A DNA stretch of 40,622 bases, taken from positions 1 through 40,622 of the IMG/VR virus record IMGVR_UViG_2671180275_000009; one strand, written 5' to 3'. Both the position numbers and the translations under genes were made by a program. This DNA comes from a virus. Lineage: Duplodnaviria; Heunggongvirae; Uroviricota; Caudoviricetes. How positions within the stretch are numbered: position 1 is the first letter of the stretch; the number at the start of each line of letters is the position of its first letter. The notes under the pieces were generated by a model. It saw nothing but the letters and a program-made list of their open reading frames with translations. It searched no databases and was not told the origin of the DNA. Of this stretch, positions 36,145 to 40,622 are shown piece after piece.

Positions 36145-38184
36145 ATGACGTCCAAATGGGTTCAACTATCATCAATGCCCGGAAACTTTACTGTTAAAGT
36201 TTCCGGTGGTACAGCGGCATTTCTTGAGGCTCCCTTTCCTCCGGCCGAAACAAAAGGAGGAATGACATTTGCTGACTGTCTCATCAGTTTTAATACACGG
36301 GATTGCCTGTGGGTAAGGCCAGTATCCGGTGATCCGAGCGTGGAAATTACCGGTGCGGGTATTGGTGCTGTCATTCCGTTAAGTGCTGATGTTGCCGGTA
36401 CTGCTGAACCGTCAGACTGGGATAATGCTGAAACACATACCCGTCCGTCAGGAAATGAAACTGCTTCCAGCTCCCCTTCCTGGTATTACGTGGTGGTTCT
36501 TGCTGGTCAGTCAAACGGGATGGCCTACGGTGAAGGTCTGCCGCTGCCGGAGACATATGACCGCCCCGAACCGCGTATTATGCAGTTAGCCCGTCGCAGT
36601 ACAGTCACGCCGGGAGGTAAAGCCTGTCAGTATAACGACATCATTCTGGCCGACCACTGTCTGCATGATGTGCAGGATATGAGTGGAAAAAATCACCCGA
36701 AAGCGGATGTGGCTAAAGGGCAATATGGCACCGTGGGTCAGGGGCTTCACATTGCCAAAAAACTGCTGCCGTTTATTCCGGCAGATGCGGGGATTCTGCT
36801 GGTTCCCTGCTGCCGTGGTGGTTCTGCATTCACGGCGGGTGCTGACGGCACGTACAGTGACAGCACGGGTGCTTCAGAGGACTCAGCCCGCTGGGGTGTG
36901 GATAAGCCGCTGTATAAGGACTTAATCAGCCGGACAAAAGCGGCACTGGCGAAGAACCCGAAAAACCGCCTGCTTGCTGTGGTGTGGATGCAGGGCGAGT
37001 TTGATATTGATGCGAAGCCGACGGAGCATTCCGCGCTGTTTCTGGCGATGGTGGAAAAATTCCGCGCAGACCTGGCTGAACAGGCGGAACAGTGTACCGG
37101 TGGCAGTGCTGCTGGCGTTCCGTGGATTTGTGGCGATACCACGTATTTCTGGAAACAGAAAAACGAACAGGCATACCAGGCAATCTATGACGGCTACAAA
37201 AATAAAACAGATAAAAACATTCATTTCGTCCCATTAATGACAGATGAAAATGGCGCGAATGTACCCACCAACAATCCGACAGAAGACCCGGATATTGAAT
37301 CCATTGGTTATTACGGCTCAACGTGGCGTAACAGTGCCGCCACCTGGACATCTGCGGGCCGGGCCAGCCATTTCAGTTCATGGGCACGTCGTGGGATTAT
37401 TTCCGACCGTCTGGCCACGGCTGTTCTGACTCATGCAGGGCGAACCACAGTAAAAGCCGATGTTCCATCTTCTGAAACTGAAGCACCAGTGCCGTCACCT
37501 TCAGAAACTGAAGCAGTAACCACAACACTGCTGTCTTACCGTGTCAGTGAGTCAGAAGGAAATCTGAAAGCCCAGGGCTGGGAGCCGGCTGGCGGTAAAG
37601 CTGAAATTATCAGTGATGCAGGAGGCACAGGTGGTAAGGCAATGAAACTGACCAAGGAAACAGGTAAATCATCCTGGTATCTGGATCATGATGCCGGTAC
37701 TGGTGCTGAACTGCTGAAAAATGGTGGTTTAATCAGTTGTCGTTTTAAAGTACCTGGCGACCTGGTGGCAAACCAGTATGTCATGGCGCTTTACTGGCCG
37801 GTTTCCTCTCTGCCGCAGGGTGTCACCCTGACAGGGGATGCAGGGAATAATCTGCTGGCATCGTTCTACATCCAGACAGACGCAAAAGACCTGAATGTGA
37901 TGCACCACAATGCAAAAGTGGCAACAAATAACCAGAAACTGGGAACCTTTGGTGTATTTGATAATGAATGGCATACGCTGGCCTTCCGTTTTGCAGGAAA
38001 TAACAGCCTTCAGGTTATTCCGGTTATTGATGGTCAGGATGGTGCCGCGTTTACCCTGACGCAGTCACCAGTAGGAACTTTCCCGGTGGACAAACTCCGC
38101 GTAACGGATATCACCAAAAATGCAACTTACCCGGTGCTGATTGACAGCATTGTGGTGGAAGTGAAAAAAGCGGTAACAGAATAA
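36145..38184 (+). CDS. Putative carbohydrate O-acetylesterase (SGNH/SASA family, NanS-like) with additional N- and C-terminal domains
   Basis: 679-aa ORF with YYVVVLAGQSNGMAYGEG (GQSN active-site motif of sialate O-acetylesterase-type hydrolases); GATAAT -10-like element upstream. Confidence 0.55.
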   Translation: MTSKWVQLSSMPGNFTVKVSGGTAAFLEAPFPPAETKGGMTFADCLISFNTRDCLWVRPVSGDPSVEITGAGIGAVIPLSADVAGTAEPSDWDNAETHTRPSGNETASSSPSWYYVVVLAGQSNGMAYGEGLPLPETYDRPEPRIMQLARRSTVTPGGKACQYNDIILADHCLHDVQDMSGKNHPKADVAKGQYGTVGQGLHIAKKLLPFIPADAGILLVPCCRGGSAFTAGADGTYSDSTGASEDSARWGVDKPLYKDLISRTKAALAKNPKNRLLAVVWMQGEFDIDAKPTEHSALFLAMVEKFRADLAEQAEQCTGGSAAGVPWICGDTTYFWKQKNEQAYQAIYDGYKNKTDKNIHFVPLMTDENGANVPTNNPTEDPDIESIGYYGSTWRNSAATWTSAGRASHFSSWARRGIISDRLATAVLTHAGRTTVKADVPSSETEAPVPSPSETEAVTTTLLSYRVSESEGNLKAQGWEPAGGKAEIISDAGGTGGKAMKLTKETGKSSWYLDHDAGTGAELLKNGGLISCRFKVPGDLVANQYVMALYWPVSSLPQGVTLTGDAGNNLLASFYIQTDAKDLNVMHHNAKVATNNQKLGTFGVFDNEWHTLAFRFAGNNSLQVIPVIDGQDGAAFTLTQSPVGTFPVDKLRVTDITKNATYPVLIDSIVVEVKKAVTE

Positions 38185-38333
38185 AAAAAATCCCGCCGGT
38201 CATGATATGGCTGGCGGGAGCTACCTAACCCATAAAGGAAAATAAAAATACTCCCGAAGGAGTAGTTACCAGTCACTTCGTCATGTTTTTACCCGATAAC
38301 GAATTATGTAGTCAATATCAAAGGTAAGGTTAT

Positions 38334-38516
38334 ATGACATTCGTTCATACAATGCTGCTTTATTTCTGCGCTGTGGTCAGTGCGTTATATCTGGTGAGCG
38401 GCGGTTATAAGGTCATCAGAAATTATATTCGCCGCAAAATTGATGACGCAGCAGCCGAAAAGCTCAGTAAAACAGCACAGGCACCATCATCCCCAAACGA
38501 CCCGACCCCGCTCTGA
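38334..38516 (+). CDS. Small membrane protein (60 aa)
   Basis: Hydrophobic N-terminus (MLLYFCAVVSALYLVSGG); AAGGTAAGG RBS. Confidence 0.4.
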   Translation: MTFVHTMLLYFCAVVSALYLVSGGYKVIRNYIRRKIDDAAAEKLSKTAQAPSSPNDPTPL

Positions 38517-38551
38517 TAACGGGGCAATATACCTGCAAAAGGAGAATATTC

Positions 38552-38797
38552 ATGCCAGAGATTAAAGGCACGGTTACTGAAGAGCTTGTCAAACAGGCAC
38601 TTTATTCTGAAGAAGTGAACCGCGTGCTGAAGGCGCAGGTTCGCAAGGATTTTGAGGCACAAATCGACGCATATGTTGATGAAGTGCTGGCCCGAATGGT
38701 TGGCCGTTCTCCGGCTGAAAACAGCACGGAAAATGCTCCTCAACCCGTAGAGCAACCAGAGCCGGTTCAGCCCGGAACTGACGGTACTATGATGTAA
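38552..38797 (+). CDS. Hypothetical protein (81 aa)
   Basis: AAGGAG RBS 8 nt upstream of ATG. Confidence 0.45.
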   Translation: MPEIKGTVTEELVKQALYSEEVNRVLKAQVRKDFEAQIDAYVDEVLARMVGRSPAENSTENAPQPVEQPEPVQPGTDGTMM

Positions 38798-39229
38798 CAA
38801 TACCGACCTGCAGGTTTCCCTGCCGGGTGAATTTGTTAATGCACGTTTTGTGTATTTTCCCTCTGGGGAGAACAGGCAGGGCATATCAGCATCCTGAAAC
38901 AGGAAGCATTTTTTGGTTTGTATGTCTTGCCATTTTGAGATCGAGAACGGCGATAGATGAGCTGTAAGGGAGTCTTACAGGCAGGGTAAACAGGCTCTTT
39001 ATCCATGATAAAGATCTCCTTTTTATGCATCTCTGCTTTACAGGAGACCGGGGAATATCATAGGATACGCCACGAGCTCGAAGTAAAGCATTGATGCAAA
39101 ATTGTCTAAATCGGCCCAGAATAGTTCGCGCTATCTGGGTCGCCCTTTATGTATGTAGTATCCCATTGATTTGAAACATACTACATATACGCACAATCCT
39201 ACCTTCACTGTATAAAAAGTCAATAAAAT

Positions 39230-39368
39230 GATCATTTTATGATCGTTTTCACCACCTAACTCTTCGTTTTCTTTAAGTAAGTAATCACCGCCCTGAATCA
39301 TTGTTGATGACTTTTCAATCTATTTGTTGTATCAATTAAACAAACCGAATCGATCGTTTTTGTCGATC
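39230..39368. promoter_or_regulatory. GATC-rich region upstream of com (candidate Dam-methylation-sensitive regulatory region, by analogy with Mu mom)
   Basis: GATC at 39230, 39241, 39352 and 39365 within 140 bp of AT-rich intergenic DNA. Confidence 0.4.
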
Positions 39369-39415
39369 GATTGCATGAGAAAGGCATCAACAACAAAGCA
39401 GGAGGTTATGCGGCC

Positions 39416-39601
39416 ATGTATCGAAACATACGGTGCCGACACTGCAATAAGCTACTGGCACGGGCCAGTTTCAGTTATCTGGAAGTAAAATGTCCGCGCT
39501 GCAAAACCCTCAATCAAATCACATCTCAGAGCGCCACAGAGCACCCCACATACACAAGGAAATCCTGCCGTGGGGAACAAGAAACATTACTTTCAGTCTG
39601 A
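39416..39601 (+). CDS. com: Com-like zinc-finger translational activator
   Basis: MYRNIRCRHCNKLLARASFSYLEVKCPRCK closely resembles my recollection of Mu Com (IRCKNCNKLL...IEIRCPRCK); GGAGG RBS; 3' end overlaps the next gene. Confidence 0.8.
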   Translation: MYRNIRCRHCNKLLARASFSYLEVKCPRCKTLNQITSQSATEHPTYTRKSCRGEQETLLSV

Positions 39602-40622
39602 TAAGTCACTAACCTATGGTTCAGTATGCAGTGGTATTGAAGCTGCGACAGTAGCCTGGAGCAATCTTGGCTGGAAAGCCAGATGGTTCAGTGAAATAGA
39701 GGACTTCCCGTCAACACTTCTTTCATATCGCTGGCCCCATATACCAAATCTTGGTGATATGGCTTTGCTTGCGCCTCGTATCAGGGATGGGCTTATTGAA
39801 GCACCAGATATTCTTGTAGGTGGAACTCCGTGTCAGGCATTCAGTATGTCAGGCAAACGAAAAGGCCTTTCAGATCCACGGGGGCAGTTAACACTGTCTT
39901 TTGTTGAACTGGCGAATCAGATAGATACCGTTCGGGCATCGCTCAATAAATCCCCCTCAATAATCGTATGGGAAAACGTCACAGGAGTTTTAAGTAGCCA
40001 TGACAATGCATTCGGTCATTTTCTTGGTGCGCTGGCCGGAGCAGGTTGCGCATTACAGCCAGCAAGGAAAAGATGGGCAAACGCTGGTGTTGTGTCTGGA
40101 CCATCGCGTATCGTCGCCTGGCGAGTACTTGATGCCCAATATTTCGGAGTCGCCCAGGCTCGCAGAAGAGTGTTTGTTGTGGCAAGTGCTGGAAAAAGGC
40201 TCGATCCCGGAAAGGTATTATTTGAGTTCCCGCCTGTGTCGCAGGGCGATAAAAACTATTACGGAAAGAAGAAAAAATCCGAATCCCTTCTTGATCAAGG
40301 CATTGAAGGAAAATTGCACCGATATTGCCTTGAAGCATTGCCAAAACGAACAGGCACAGTAATAGCTGGCTATAACGGAACAACTAACCAGGACATGACT
40401 ATGTCTGGTGGGCTCATAGTTGAAAGAGCGCCATATTCAAGGGTTCGTAGGTTGACGCCAACCGAATGCGAGAGGCTACAAGGTTTTCCCGATGGATATA
40501 CAGATATTCCATGGAAAAATTCATCTCCAGCTCATCGTTATAAGGCCATTGGAAATTCAATGCCTGTACCGGTCATGAAATGGATTGGTCGAAGAATACA
40601 GGAAGCGTTAAACGAAGTTTAA
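39570..40622 (+). CDS. C5-cytosine DNA methyltransferase (GTG start overlapping com)
   Basis: Motifs GGTPCQAFS (catalytic PCQ), IVWENV, QARRRVF and IGNSMPVPV in canonical order; stop codon is the last triplet of the window. Confidence 0.85.
   Translation: MGNKKHYFQSDKSLTYGSVCSGIEAATVAWSNLGWKARWFSEIEDFPSTLLSYRWPHIPNLGDMALLAPRIRDGLIEAPDILVGGTPCQAFSMSGKRKGLSDPRGQLTLSFVELANQIDTVRASLNKSPSIIVWENVTGVLSSHDNAFGHFLGALAGAGCALQPARKRWANAGVVSGPSRIVAWRVLDAQYFGVAQARRRVFVVASAGKRLDPGKVLFEFPPVSQGDKNYYGKKKKSESLLDQGIEGKLHRYCLEALPKRTGTVIAGYNGTTNQDMTMSGGLIVERAPYSRVRRLTPTECERLQGFPDGYTDIPWKNSSPAHRYKAIGNSMPVPVMKWIGRRIQEALNEV

Larger units (their letters stand above)
1590..40622. mobile_element. Mu-like transposable prophage, left end to window end (right end not in window)
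   Basis: Colinear c, ner, A (DDE transposase), B, gam, gemA, mor/C-like, lys, terminase, portal, head, sheath, tube, tape measure, baseplate, S, invertible segment, gin, com; element starts with TG immediately after the malZ homology break. Confidence 0.9.

Noticed and set aside
38423-38884. 153-aa minus-strand ORF
   Set aside because: Overlaps two plus-strand ORFs that have strong Shine-Dalgarno sequences; no RBS of its own.
1590-40622. Integrase-mediated site-specific prophage with tRNA attachment site
   Set aside because: No tyrosine or serine integrase at either visible end; the element has a DDE transposase and B ATPase and sits inside a protein-coding gene, consistent with transposition.
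1-40622. CRISPR array or rRNA genes
   Set aside because: No regularly spaced direct repeats with unique spacers and no rRNA-like stretches; the only tandem repeat is the 36-bp in-frame hexanucleotide run at 22314.

Overview
This window appears to be the 5' part of the host malZ gene (maltodextrin glucosidase) interrupted near position 1590 by a Mu-like transposable prophage that runs to the end of the window; the right prophage end is not visible. Gene order is Mu-like: repressor c (minus strand), ner, transposase A, ATPase B, a block of small early genes including a Gam (Ku-like) homologue, GemA, one Mor/C-family activator, SAR endolysin with overlapping spanins, terminase, portal, head genes, sheath, tube, tape measure, baseplate genes, tail fibre S, a Gin-type invertible segment, and gin. 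Beyond gin, where Mu carries com-mom, this element carries a putative SGNH/SASA-type O-acetylesterase (NanS-like), two small ORFs, a GATC-rich regulatory region, a Com homologue and an overlapping C5-cytosine DNA methyltransferase. All calls rest on reading the supplied translations and sequence against remembered protein families and motifs; no database search was run. The most interesting candidates are the com/C5-methyltransferase module replacing mom, the esterase cargo gene, the 1.4-kb tail-fibre inversion switch with gix-like crossover sites inside the S coding sequence, a tRNA-like structure between the F-like and G-like genes, and several uncharacterised early-region genes (an AT-rich moron, a tandem paralogue pair, a reverse-oriented gene, a missed 46-codon zinc-ribbon ORF).
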